This document shows, piece after piece, positions 1 to 10,231 of a stretch of DNA of 64,000 bases (positions within the stretch are counted from its first letter, which is position 1; each line of letters starts with the position of its first letter). The position numbers and the translations under genes are program-made. The notes under the pieces were generated by a model. It did no database searches. It had not been told where the DNA came from and saw only the letters and a program-made list of their open reading frames with translations. The stretch is from contig CAWBOS010000012.1 of assembly GCA_963790475.1 (NCBI GenBank), positions 256,001 through 320,000 on the forward strand, written 5' to 3'. The DNA comes from an uncultured delta proteobacterium (GTDB lineage Bacteria; Desulfobacterota; RBG-13-43-22).

Positions 1-26
1 ATACCCTGGAAGAGCTTTTCGAATAG
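1..26 (+). CDS. 3' end of probable antitoxin (partial)
   Basis: Reads TLEELFE-stop just upstream of the RelE-like toxin; typical antitoxin C-terminus and position. Confidence 0.5.
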
Positions 27-35
27 ACCGCCCCC

Positions 36-317
36 ATGGTGGACCCCATCTTATATAAGCTAAGGGTTACTGATGATGTAACCCATTTCCTGAGGACTCT
101 TCATCCGGAACTGAAAAGGAAAATAAAGGCAGCGCTGAAAATCCTTATTTCAACCCCGGATGCCGGCAAAACCCTCCGTGATGAACTGGCGGGTTTAAGG
201 AGCTTCAGAGTGAGCCGGTTCCGTATTATTTACAGGATCAGCAGGCGGACTATTGAGATTATCGCCGTGGGACCGCGGGAGAGGATTTATGAAGAGACCT
301 ACCGGCTAATGAAATAG
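36..317 (+). CDS. RelE/ParE family toxin
   Basis: 93 aa basic protein with GKTLRDELAGLRSFRVSRFRIIY motif. Confidence 0.88.
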   Translation: MVDPILYKLRVTDDVTHFLRTLHPELKRKIKAALKILISTPDAGKTLRDELAGLRSFRVSRFRIIYRISRRTIEIIAVGPRERIYEETYRLMK

Positions 318-403
318 GAGGAGACTTTCACCTTGACCCGTCCCTTGGCCTAACTTATACTTCTGGTATTCAATCGATACGGGGTTCGATTATTCCTAAA
401 AAA

Positions 404-928
404 ATGACCTTAAAAGACCAGTTTAAAATATTAACGGAATTCTTTGATCGCCAGCATATTGATTATGCGGTCATCGGCGCCTTTGCTCTATATGCTTACG
501 GATATACTCGGGCAACAAGGGATATCGATTTTATCACCAGATTTAAATATCAAGACAAAATAGTCGAATATCTGGAATCCCTTGGTTTCGAAACATTAAA
601 CCGATCAGAAGGGTTTTCCAATCATCTACATTCGATTGACTCCGCAAGAATTGATTTGGTTTATATAGACGATGAAACCGCCGATATTATTTTTGGAGCG
701 ACTCAAAAGAGATCTATTTTTGAAAATTCTGAACTGCCGGTCGTCAGCCCGGAACATTTGATAGCCCTTAAATTATTCGCAATCCAGAATGATCCCGACA
801 GAAAGCACAAAGAATTAGCGGATATTAAGGAAATTTTACGGATTACGCAGGTTAATAAAGATCCTATTCGAGAGTATTTCAGGAAGTACGGGTTGGAGGA
901 TTATTATGGAGAAATCGCGGAAGAATAA
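404..928 (+). CDS. Nucleotidyltransferase, AbiEii/DUF6036-like
   Basis: IGAFAL...RATRDIDF motif and C-terminal LIALK...RKHKELADI. Confidence 0.8.
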   Translation: MTLKDQFKILTEFFDRQHIDYAVIGAFALYAYGYTRATRDIDFITRFKYQDKIVEYLESLGFETLNRSEGFSNHLHSIDSARIDLVYIDDETADIIFGATQKRSIFENSELPVVSPEHLIALKLFAIQNDPDRKHKELADIKEILRITQVNKDPIREYFRKYGLEDYYGEIAEE

Positions 929-1115
929 AATCGATAACCTTCAATTCCCCTGGGATCACAAAGCAGCACAGACTCTTCAGGCGAAACAAACACGTTTTAA
1001 CTTGGAACTGGATCTTGATGGGTATTTTGATTGGCTGGCCGAGATCAAACCAAGCCGGCAGGAATTACGTCAGACAAAAATCTTCGACCAACCTTTTACT
1101 CTCAGGTCACGGTAA
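906..1115 (+). CDS. Small hypothetical protein, likely partner of the nucleotidyltransferase
   Basis: Overlaps upstream gene end; GGAGGA RBS before the ATG. Confidence 0.6.
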   Translation: MEKSRKNKIDNLQFPWDHKAAQTLQAKQTRFNLELDLDGYFDWLAEIKPSRQELRQTKIFDQPFTLRSR

Positions 1116-1139
1116 CGCATAAATCATTCCGAGAAATAA

Positions 1140-1185
1140 GGGACACATTCCTAATTTCCATAGGTTAAAATAGGGGATGTGTCCC
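1140..1185. repeat. GGGACACAT...ATGTGTCCC inverted repeat
   Basis: Imperfect IR; arm 1173-1185 is the exact reverse complement of GGGACACATCCCC at 9171-9183. Confidence 0.7.
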
Positions 1186-1330
1186 TGGTTTCCTAAAAGA
1201 GTTCTTCTGCAAACTGTTAAATAACTTGGGCGGCATCATAAAGGATCTTAAGGATGCCGGGACTCTAAGCAGGATGGCGCCCCTTCAGCCGGCCTCAATG
1301 GCCCTAAACGGGCCGATAGGCTTTTCTTTC

Positions 1331-2888
1331 TCAACACCGCTTGTAATCAACTAAATTCAACACCTTTTCCAACAAGGCCAGCTTTAGATGGGTTTGTTGC
1401 CGGAATTCCCCGTGATAAGCCTCCTTTTCCTGATTCAGTTCGTAGCAGGTCGTATTTTCAATATCGATCAGCAACCCCGGAAGCCCGGCCTGTTTAAAGG
1501 TTTCCTGACGTTTTAATTGAAAGGCGTCACAACAACAACCGATATAGGCCCGGATCCCCTTCCTTTTTTCTTCTTCCAGGGTTTCGACCAGATGTTCATA
1601 ATTCTGGATGGTCAAGATTTTAAGATCTTTTCCTTCGGCCAGGGCAAAGGCCTCTCCGGTGGTACAATCACCGCACTGGATGCAGCCGTTTTTATCCCGA
1701 TACTCGCATTCCGGTAATTTTGAACAATAGGGCAGCAAAAGAAGATCGCACTGCTTCAGGACCTCCGGCAGGGTGCCGTTAAAAACGGTCATCGCCTTGG
1801 ACTCTTCAAAAGAAAAGCCGAAATCGGGATAGGTCATTTTATCCAGTGCCAGGCGGATGGCCCGGTAAAAATCCATAAAATGCAAACCCAGCGACTTCCA
1901 CCTGGTTTTCCTGAAAAAAATTTCCCACTTTACTTTTCAAATCGTTAATCAAGGTATTCTTGAGGGCGGCCTCCAGATCATAGATCGCCCGCCGGGGATG
2001 AATAAAAAAATCTCCGGTTATCAGGAGGTCTTTGATCCGTCCTTTTCTCAGGTCAACCTTGACTGCAGTCCTGACCAATCCCCCGTCTTCTTTATGAATG
2101 GAATGAAGCACCTCCTGAGGCCGGAAAGGAATCCTGGTCCCTTGAATCCAATCGGTTGATCGCATCTTAGGCAATAGCCCCCGGAATAAAGCCCGTTCCT
2201 GTTCTGTGATTTGACCTGGTTGAAAGGACAGGCCCAGGCCGATTTTGAAACCTTTTTCCAGGGCTTCTTTAACTTTTTCCAGGGGGGGAGTCCGGCCCAA
2301 TTGTTCCTTTAAACTGGTCACCCGCTCCCGGGCCGAGGCCAGCTCCTTATGGCTCAATTTTTCAATGGGAATGCGCAAGGCCTTGATCAGGTGTTCGAGA
2401 TTGACATCAATCAGCAAGGTCCCTTGAAAGAGGAATACGTCCCCTTCAAAGGCCGCTCCGGTCCCGGAAATCTTTCGACCTTCAATCTCGATATCATTGC
2501 GGGGTCGAAATCCGGCCTCAAGTCCCAGGGTCTTCAAGCCCAAGGCCGCAGCCCGGCAGATGGCCTCGGTGATCTTCTCCTGGGTCAGACCGAGACCAAG
2601 GGATTTTCTGGAGGCGATCAGCTCCCAACCCAGTTGACCCTGGTCAAAATAAATAGCGCCGCCCCCGGTAACCCGGCGATTGATTTCAATCCCCTCCTGC
2701 CGGCAGTAATCAATCCGGATTTCTTCCGCCACAGCCTGATGATAGCCAACCAGGGCAACGGGAGGGGAAAACCTTAAATATCGCAAGGTATCCGGAATGC
2801 CCCTATGAGACCGGGCGGTCAGCAGGGCCTCATCCCAAGCCATGTTCTCCGCTCCGGTTAATAATCCGGTGTCGATAATGCGCATCAT
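1331..2888 (-). pseudogene. lplA: Lipoate-protein ligase A fused to Cys-rich DUF116-like domain, split by one extra base near 1886
   Basis: ENMAWDEAL, RRVTGGGAIYFD, KISGTG motifs; removing one T in GGGTTTG joins ORF 1839-2888 to ORF 1331-1885 (LLLPYC..C..CxxCxxC, GCCC); may be a sequencing error. Confidence 0.8.
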
Positions 2889-2923
2889 GGAGTAAAATAT
2901 AAAATAATTTTTTTAAGATTTAT

Positions 2924-3000
2924 TAAATTCCTCCCCACTCTCCCTTTTTCAAAGGAAGTCCCGCCGGCGGGATTTGGAAAAGGGGGAATGAGGGGAATTT
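2924..3000. repeat. Intergenic palindromic repeat
   Basis: AAATTCCTCCCCACTCTCCCTTTT paired with AAAAGGGGGAATGAGGGGAATTT. Confidence 0.55.
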
Positions 3001-3041
3001 TGGAGCTTATGCTTTCAATTTAATTTTTTATTAAACAAATT

Positions 3042-3953
3042 CTATTTTATAAGACCAATCAGCGCGCAACATTCTGTATGATAACTGATATTCATTCTCA
3101 AATCCTCTGCCCTTCGAAGGGCCTGATCGCTGGGATAGGCGATGCCGGCCAGCCCGGCTTCGATAGCCAGAAGGTCGAGCTTTTTGCGGTGAAGTCCCAG
3201 GGGTCGTTCACAACCCAGAATGACCGGTGTCTGAGGAAACAGGGAACGGGCCAACCCAAACAGGTCTCCCATTTCCTCCGGGGACGGAGGCACGGTCCCG
3301 GCCATGAGCGTTTTGAGGATGGGGCGAAATCCAATCAGGACCAGGGCTTTTATCGGGTATCGGGCGATCATTTCCAAGGCCTGGGATTCCCCCCGGATTT
3401 GTCCATAATGAAGACCCATGACCACATGAGGGGCGGTTGGAATGTCCCGATCGGTGAGAAGTTTAAGAGATCGCTCATAGTCCCCAACTGAGGCCTCCAA
3501 GTGATAAATGTCCCGGATGGTCCGGTTATCTCCGATGGTATCCAACAGGGCCATATCGATCCGGGCCTCGGCCAGGGCGTCGGCCAGGGGAGGAGAAACC
3601 AGACCTGTATGGACCAATACCTTCAACCCCAATTCGGAACGGATTTCTTTAATAACCTGAATAAAGTCCAACAAGGGGACCTGGCCTTTTTTATCCGCCC
3701 CGCCGCTGACCAGAATAGTCTCGCCGCCTTTATCGGCAATCCGTCTTGCTGCCTCTTTTAAAGCCGATGGGGTTTCAGCCGCCGCCATATTCCGCAGGAT
3801 ATGTCCCCCGCAATGCTGGCAGTTTAATTGACAACGACCGCCGGTAATAGACACGGCTTTAGTCCCACAGGGAGTTATCCCGGAAAAAGGGAGTTTGTCC
3901 ACCTTTTTTAAGGAAGGAAAGAAAAATGAGATGTTCTTAACGGTGTTGTTCAT
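3042..3953 (-). CDS. Radical SAM protein, LipS1-like lipoyl synthase component
   Basis: CQLNCQHC motif, plus GCERP and C-terminal CC resembling LipS1 GC(M/A)R and CC motifs; next to lplA. Confidence 0.75.
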   Translation of the reverse strand: MNNTVKNISFFFPSLKKVDKLPFSGITPCGTKAVSITGGRCQLNCQHCGGHILRNMAAAETPSALKEAARRIADKGGETILVSGGADKKGQVPLLDFIQVIKEIRSELGLKVLVHTGLVSPPLADALAEARIDMALLDTIGDNRTIRDIYHLEASVGDYERSLKLLTDRDIPTAPHVVMGLHYGQIRGESQALEMIARYPIKALVLIGFRPILKTLMAGTVPPSPEEMGDLFGLARSLFPQTPVILGCERPLGLHRKKLDLLAIEAGLAGIAYPSDQALRRAEDLRMNISYHTECCALIGLIK

Positions 3954-4136
3954 TGGCTCATGTTGTTTAAAAAAAAGGGGCTATGAGAACAACTATAAAA
4001 TAACCTGTTGCCCTTGGTCAAATTTTCTTTTATGATCGATTCCAATTTTATAGACCAGCTATTGGCAACCATCAACCAAGAGAGATAGACGAATCAGAAT
4101 TTCGTCCCTCGGCAATTTCGGATTGAAGATTCTAAT

Positions 4137-4973
4137 ATGATGAAACGTTTATTCTTAATACTGATCCTGATCTGTGCCGGCATCACCCCTGGCCCGGCAC
4201 TGGGAAAGCAGCTCCCTCTTTGGGAAGCCGGCCTGGGGGGTACGGCTTTACTCATGCCCGATTATCGCGGGTCCGATGAATACCGCTGGTACCTTTTGCC
4301 TTTTCCTTTCCTGACTTACCGGGGAGATATCCTTAAAATCGATCGGGAACAAATCAGTGGGCTTCTTTTTAAAACCAATCGTCTGCAACTGGAAATGAGT
4401 TTCAATGGGGCCGTGCCGGTTGACAGTTCAAAAAACAAGGCCCGCCAGGGCATGCCGAATCTGGACCCCACCTTTGAAATAGGCCCGTCTTTACAGGTGA
4501 TGTTGGCTGAGGATAAGAATGCGGAATATAAAATCACTTTGACTTTTCCGATTCGAGCCGTATTCAGCACCGATTTCTATGGATTGAAGCCCGCCGGCTG
4601 GGACTTTAGTCCACGCTTTAATATAGACCAGTATAATATCGGCGGAAAGGGGTGGGACTTCGGATTGAGTATCGGTCCGATTTTCGGCGACGCGACCTAT
4701 CACAATTATTATTACCAGGTGGATCAGGCTTTTGCCACTCCGGACCGTCCGGCTTATTCGGCTCAAGCGGGATACGGTGGGATACAATGCGCCCTCTCTC
4801 TCAGTAAACAATTTAAAAAAGTATTGATTGGTGGATTCCTTCGAGCTGAAAGTTTACAGGGTGCTGTTTTTTCCGACAGCCCTTTGGTGAAAACAAACAC
4901 CTCCTTCTTGGCCGGACTATATTTTTACTGGACCTTTATGAAATCCAAAACCTTGGTTGAGGCGGACAAATAA
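4137..4973 (+). CDS. MipA/OmpV family outer membrane protein
   Basis: Signal peptide; PDYRGSD, RQGMPNLDPTFEIGP, YYYQV motifs. Confidence 0.85.
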   Translation: MMKRLFLILILICAGITPGPALGKQLPLWEAGLGGTALLMPDYRGSDEYRWYLLPFPFLTYRGDILKIDREQISGLLFKTNRLQLEMSFNGAVPVDSSKNKARQGMPNLDPTFEIGPSLQVMLAEDKNAEYKITLTFPIRAVFSTDFYGLKPAGWDFSPRFNIDQYNIGGKGWDFGLSIGPIFGDATYHNYYYQVDQAFATPDRPAYSAQAGYGGIQCALSLSKQFKKVLIGGFLRAESLQGAVFSDSPLVKTNTSFLAGLYFYWTFMKSKTLVEADK

Positions 4974-4979
4974 CCATTT

Positions 4980-5121
4980 GAGACCTTTGAAAAATGCCCC
5001 CTTTTACTCAATCTCTGTGTCAGGCTCAAATTTCAATACTCGAAATATTCAATATATGCCTGCGGTTGAAATTTTTGCCTTCCTTGATCTTGACCGAAAT
5101 TGAACTTTTTTCAAAGGTCTC
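4980..5121. mobile_element. MITE-like element
   Basis: Perfect 15 bp terminal IR GAGACCTTTGAAAAA / TTTTTCAAAGGTCTC; non-coding. Confidence 0.7.
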
Positions 5122-5191
5122 CTTTCATTCTTTTGCCTTTCTAATTGATTATTGAATTTTTGAATTGATAAATCATGAGCCGGAAACCCTG

Positions 5192-6049
5192 ATGAACCCC
5201 ATTGGCGCCCACATGTCCATTGTCGGAGGCCCGTCCAAGGCCTTTCAAAGGATCCAGACCGTGGGAGGCGAATGCTTCCAGATTTTCGTCAAACCCAGTG
5301 TCCAATGGCAGGCCGGAGAATTATCCCTGGAAGAGGCGGCCGAATTTATTGCCGAAAGGGAAAGGACCGGAATCGCAACGGTGGTGGCCCATGCCTCCTA
5401 TCTTCTGAATCTGGCATCCCCGGAGAAAGAACAACGAAACAGGTCCATCCTGACTCTGGCTTTGGAGCTGGTCCGCTCGGCCCGTCTGGGCATAGAGTCT
5501 CTGGTCCTCCATCCCGGCAGTCACCGGGAAGCCGGAGAAAAAAAGGGGATTAAATGGATCGCCCAGGGGATTGATCGGGCCCTGGCCAAGGCGGATGTCC
5601 CCAATATCAAAATCCTTTTGGAAATCATGGCCGGCGCCGGAAGCCAACTGGGCTGCCGTTTGGAACAACTAAGGGATATGATCGGCCAAAGCTGCAACCC
5701 CCGGATGATCGGGATTTGCCTGGATACCTGCCATGTTTATGCTGCCGGATTTGATATCGCCGAACCCGAATCCTATCAGGCCTTCTTCCTTTCCTTCCAA
5801 AGACTCATCGGCCTGAACCGGCTAAAGGTAATTCATGTCAATGATTCCAAGAACCCGCTTGGCTCCGGAGTGGACCGACATGAACACATCGGTCTTGGTC
5901 ATTTAGGCCGTGGGACTTTTCAGCGTCTTTTGAATGATCCCCGACTGGACGGCATCCCTTTTGTCCTGGAAACCCCCAAAGGGGAAAAAGGAGGAAAAAA
6001 CTGGGACGCCATCAACATTCGAAAGCTGAAAAAGCTCCGCAGGGCTTAA
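5192..6049 (+). CDS. nfo: Endonuclease IV
   Basis: IGAHMSI, HASYLLNLAS, LHPGS, CLDTCH, HVNDSK, DRHEHIG, LETP metal-binding motifs. Confidence 0.95.
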   Translation: MNPIGAHMSIVGGPSKAFQRIQTVGGECFQIFVKPSVQWQAGELSLEEAAEFIAERERTGIATVVAHASYLLNLASPEKEQRNRSILTLALELVRSARLGIESLVLHPGSHREAGEKKGIKWIAQGIDRALAKADVPNIKILLEIMAGAGSQLGCRLEQLRDMIGQSCNPRMIGICLDTCHVYAAGFDIAEPESYQAFFLSFQRLIGLNRLKVIHVNDSKNPLGSGVDRHEHIGLGHLGRGTFQRLLNDPRLDGIPFVLETPKGEKGGKNWDAINIRKLKKLRRA

Positions 6050-6113
6050 TGACCGAATTATTCATTCTGGTACCCGGTTGGAAATTAGTGAAAATCAAGG
6101 GACTCTAAAAAGT

Positions 6114-6204
6114 CGTCACCCCTGCGAAAGCCGGGGTCCAGACACCGTCCTGTTGGAAGCCAAGAACCAGACCATTGAACGATCCCGGCTTTCGCCGGAA
6201 TGAC
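6114..6204. repeat. REP-like double hairpin (GTCA...TGAC family)
   Basis: GTCACCCCTGCGAAAGCCGGGGTCCA ... GATCCCGGCTTTCGCCGGAATGAC between convergent genes. Confidence 0.8.
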
Positions 6205-6249
6205 CTAAAGCGGGATTCGGCGACTTTTTCGAAGTTCATCAAGGACGAG

Positions 6250-7329
6250 TTAATCACCCGGCTGTTTCCCGAATAACTGACCCATTTTCAGTATCAAAGA
6301 CAAATCGCCGGTGACTGTATATTTTTGTTCCATAAACATCTGCTGGCCGTCGGCCTTGCGGGTCAAAATGTCCATCCACAATTCAAATGGCGACTCAATG
6401 GTCACATCCGGGTTTTCAGCCGAACCCTTGCCGGTAACGATGCCGCCGTTTTCAATTTTAAGATAGCAAGGACCCTCAACTTCTCCGGAGAAGTTGAATT
6501 GCATGACGGCCTTCGAGTCTTGGGCGGCCTCCGGATTAAAGCCCATAGACATCAACAGCAGGAAGGTCTCAATGGTATCCGGACGGGGCATGAGTCCCTT
6601 TTCATCAAATTCCCTGGGGGTCACCCCTTCGGCAATGCAGCTCTTCCAGAATAAATTGCCCAATAGGGGGAAATCTTCCTTTTTCTCAACGGTGTCCTGG
6701 GTGATACGTGACATCGTTTCCGGGGAAACGGATAACTGCTCAACGATTTCTCTGCCGGCCTGCCGGAGAGCGGCAAAGATTTCCTGGGTCTTTTCTCCAA
6801 GCCGAGACAGACTTTCAGCCGCCGGCCGATATATTTCCGCCACCAGACTTTCATTATTTCCGAAAACAAACCGCACCCAGGAAGACAACTGATCGAACAC
6901 AGCCCGTTCCGGAAACCCGGCCACGGAAAGGAAAACTGCCTTGGGGGGTTGATGACGAAGGGGATGATGGGTCCGGTCATTATCCTGTTCAAAGAACGGT
7001 TGAGCAACCGGCAAGGTGCGTTCAATAAAGGCCTTCATGGAGGCGTTGATGGTATAATGGTAAAGGGGTGAGGCATAAACCACCAGGTCGGAGGCCAGCC
7101 ATTTGGGAAAGAGCTCCCGGGTCATATCGTCCTGGTGGATACACAGGCCAGGGGTCTTGGTCCAGCAGGTAAAACACCCGGCGCAATAGCGGATCTTTTT
7201 TTTCCGCAGGTCGATCACCTCGACCTCGGCGCCGGCCTCCCGCATCCCTTGAACCAGATGATTCAGCAATAATTCGGTTTTGCTCTGCCCCTCACCCCGG
7301 GGGCTTGAATTTAAAGCGAGCACTTTCAT
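6250..7329 (-). CDS. Flavodoxin-like NAD(P)H-dependent FMN reductase fused to SCP2 sterol-carrier domain
   Basis: NSSPR, CAGCFTCW..C, SPLY motifs; C-terminal SCP2-like domain; start MKVLAL with AGGAG RBS. Confidence 0.85.
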   Translation of the reverse strand: MKVLALNSSPRGEGQSKTELLLNHLVQGMREAGAEVEVIDLRKKKIRYCAGCFTCWTKTPGLCIHQDDMTRELFPKWLASDLVVYASPLYHYTINASMKAFIERTLPVAQPFFEQDNDRTHHPLRHQPPKAVFLSVAGFPERAVFDQLSSWVRFVFGNNESLVAEIYRPAAESLSRLGEKTQEIFAALRQAGREIVEQLSVSPETMSRITQDTVEKKEDFPLLGNLFWKSCIAEGVTPREFDEKGLMPRPDTIETFLLLMSMGFNPEAAQDSKAVMQFNFSGEVEGPCYLKIENGGIVTGKGSAENPDVTIESPFELWMDILTRKADGQQMFMEQKYTVTGDLSLILKMGQLFGKQPGD

Positions 7330-7704
7330 GGTAGTCTCCTCTTTTGAAAGAGAAAAAACGGCTTTTTCGATCGGATTATTTGCCAATCCCCATTCTTCGA
7401 CTATACACAATTTGAGTTGATTATTGAAGGTTCCAAAATGCAGGACATTCTTATTGATGCCCAAGGACATAAACACTTGAACCGGCTCGTTGCCCGGCCG
7501 ATGAAAATAGCTCATCCTCTCCTGGCAATTTTATTCATCTCTACATTATCCTATCAGCCTTTTCATTAAATTTCCTTAAAAAATTCATGAAAAGATGTAA
7601 TGCCTTTGATCTTGACATTTTTCTTTTTCTCAAAGATAAAGGGTTCAGCTTAAAATTAATTTTTCCCGGTTGCTTCGGGAACCAGTTCAGGTAAAAACGT
7701 CATT

Positions 7705-8937
7705 ATGGTCCTTAACTATATCTGGATAGCCTTCTTTGTCGTCGCCTTTATCCTGGGTCTGATACGACTGATCGTTTTCGGGGATATCGGGGTCTTCCCG
7801 GCCATGATGAACAGTACCTTCGATATGGCCAAAACCGGTTTTGAGGTCTCCCTGGGACTGACCGGGGTGATGACCCTGTGGATGGGACTGATGCGGGTGG
7901 GTGAACAAGGCGGAATTGTGAACCTCATGTCCCGGCTGATGGACCCCCTTTTCCGTCGTCTCTTTCCGGAAATCCCCAAGGGACATCCGGCCGCTGGGTC
8001 GATCATGATGAACATTGCTGCTAACTTGCTGGGACTGGATAACGCGGCCACCCCGCTGGGGTTGAAGGCCATGACCCAGCTCCAGGAGATCAACCCGGAT
8101 AAGGATACCGCCTCCAATGCCATGATCATGTTCCTGGTCCTGAATGCCTCGGGGCTGACCCTCATCCCGGTGAGTATCATGGTTTTCAGGGCCCAACTCG
8201 GCGCAGCCAACCCTTCCGATGTTTTTATCCCCATCCTGCTGGCCACTTTCTGTTCTACCCTGGCCGGCGTGATTTCCGTCGCCCTGATCCAGCGGATCAA
8301 CCTGCTCAACAAAGTTGTCTTGGTCTACCTGGGAGGTTTCACTCTCCTGGTTTCCGGTATCATCTGGTATTTTTCCACCATACCCCAGGCCCGGATCAAT
8401 ACCATTTCTTCCCTTTCAGCCAATATCATCTTATTCGGGGTCATAACTTATTTTATTGTGTTGGCCTTTTTAAAAAAGGTGAACGTTTATGAGGCCTTCA
8501 TCGAAGGGGCCAAGGACGGTTTCTCCATCGCCGTTAAGATCATCCCTTATCTGGTGGCCATTCTGGTGGCGGTAGGGGTCTTCAGAGTCTCCGGGGCCAT
8601 GGATTTCGTGGTAGGCGGAATCGGTTACCTGGTGGCCGCCCTGGGGTTAGACAGCGAATTCGTGAAAGCACTCCCGACGGCCTTTATGAAACCCTTGAGC
8701 GGGTCCGGGGCCCGGGGCATGATGGTGGAGGCCATGAAAAGGTTCGGGGCCGATTCTTTTGTGGGCCGACTGTCATGCGTCTTTCAGGGGGCGTCCGATA
8801 CCACCTTCTATATTCTGGCAATTTATTTCGGTTCAGTCGGAATCCGCAAGACCCGCTATGCGCTGACCTGCGGACTGATCGCCGATTTTGCCGGGGCCCT
8901 GGCCGCTATCTTTATTGCCTACCTTTTTTTCGGTTAG
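7705..8937 (+). CDS. Nucleoside-recognition (Gate) domain membrane protein, SpmA-SpmB fusion
   Basis: ANLLGLDNAATPLGLKAM, KPLSGSG, SDTTFY motifs. Confidence 0.9.
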   Translation: MVLNYIWIAFFVVAFILGLIRLIVFGDIGVFPAMMNSTFDMAKTGFEVSLGLTGVMTLWMGLMRVGEQGGIVNLMSRLMDPLFRRLFPEIPKGHPAAGSIMMNIAANLLGLDNAATPLGLKAMTQLQEINPDKDTASNAMIMFLVLNASGLTLIPVSIMVFRAQLGAANPSDVFIPILLATFCSTLAGVISVALIQRINLLNKVVLVYLGGFTLLVSGIIWYFSTIPQARINTISSLSANIILFGVITYFIVLAFLKKVNVYEAFIEGAKDGFSIAVKIIPYLVAILVAVGVFRVSGAMDFVVGGIGYLVAALGLDSEFVKALPTAFMKPLSGSGARGMMVEAMKRFGADSFVGRLSCVFQGASDTTFYILAIYFGSVGIRKTRYALTCGLIADFAGALAAIFIAYLFFG

Positions 8938-9144
8938 CAGGTTGCTGAAAAAGTCCCATCTATCCCGCCAACGTTATTGCCCTCATCCCTCCCCGCCTTT
9001 CGGCGGGGCAGGCGATGCGGCGTACTTCGATGTACGACTTATTCCTCAGGATTTCTTCGCGTAAAAGACAACGCCCAGTCCCACCCCTTCGGGGCGGGTT
9101 CCCGGTTTCGGGTGCCTTGTATCTGGGCCTTTTTGAGCAACCTG
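8938..9144. mobile_element. MITE-like element
   Basis: 16 bp terminal IR CAGGTTGCTGAAAAAG / CTTTTTGAGCAACCTG (1 mismatch), directly after a TAG stop codon. Confidence 0.7.
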
Positions 9145-9320
9145 ACCTATATGGTGTTTCCACATAAATAGGGACACATCCCCATTTCCAGCCCCGTCAA
9201 ATTTTTCAAACTGCAAAAAAGTCCTCACGGCATAAAGATAAACCGATTGTGAGCAGATTCTGCCTGGAGAAAATCATGGTCCAGCTTTGACCTATTTTTC
9301 ATTCTGGGTTTCCCACTGGT

Positions 9321-10082
9321 CTACGGAGTTATCGTTTGGCCGCCTCCGACGGTAATGGAATAGCCGGTCATATAGGAGGCCTCATCTGAACAAAGCCATA
9401 ATACGGCACTGGCGATTTCTTCGGGTTTTCCGAATCTGCCCATGGGCACCGTGGCCAGGTAAGCCTCTTTCATGGCTGGTCTTTCAATAAATCCTTCTTC
9501 CAGCATGGGGGTCATGATCGGACCAGGGCAGACAGCGTTGATGCGGATGTTTTTGGTGGCGTAATCGGAGGCGGCCGATTTGGTCAGGCCCAAAACCCCA
9601 TGCTTGCTGGCGCTGTAAATGGCCATGCCCGGCGACCCGCTTATTCCGGCGGTGGAGGCCGTGTTGACTATGGCCCCGCCTCCCTGTTTCAACATGAGCT
9701 GGATTTCCTGTTTCAGGCAAAGCCACACCCCCCTGAGGTTGGTGTTGATGACCAGGTCCCAGTTTTCCATGGTTTGTCTGACCAGACGATTCATGGGGCC
9801 GCCCACCCCGGCATTGTTGAAGGCCACATCGAGTTTTCCATATTGATCGATGATCTCTTTAAAAAGGTTTTCTACTGCCGTGGGGTTAGTGACATCGGTC
9901 TTAATGTAATGGGCATAACCGCCTTCTTTCTTAATCTCCCGGACCACGGCTTGACCGAGATCCTCCCGACGCGCGGCTATGACAACACTGGCGCCATCTC
10001 TGGCAAAGGCCAGGGAGGTCGCCCTCCCAATGCCCGAATTACCTCCAGTGACCAGGGCCACTTTATCTTCGAATCTTTTCAT
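9321..10082 (-). CDS. SDR family oxidoreductase
   Basis: TGGNSGIG, NNAG, YSASK. Confidence 0.95.
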   Translation of the reverse strand: MKRFEDKVALVTGGNSGIGRATSLAFARDGASVVIAARREDLGQAVVREIKKEGGYAHYIKTDVTNPTAVENLFKEIIDQYGKLDVAFNNAGVGGPMNRLVRQTMENWDLVINTNLRGVWLCLKQEIQLMLKQGGGAIVNTASTAGISGSPGMAIYSASKHGVLGLTKSAASDYATKNIRINAVCPGPIMTPMLEEGFIERPAMKEAYLATVPMGRFGKPEEIASAVLWLCSDEASYMTGYSITVGGGQTITP

Positions 10083-10231
10083 GATCTTTCCTCCTGTGCG
10101 AAGAATTGATTGGCTGTTGCTTTTGTCTGAAAAGAATATAAAATGGAGATGAAAAGAGAGTCAAGGAGAAAAGGGGGCCGAAGAATAGGAGATAGTTCGA
10201 CATGGTTACGAAGCAGGAGCCAGGAGAGCAG

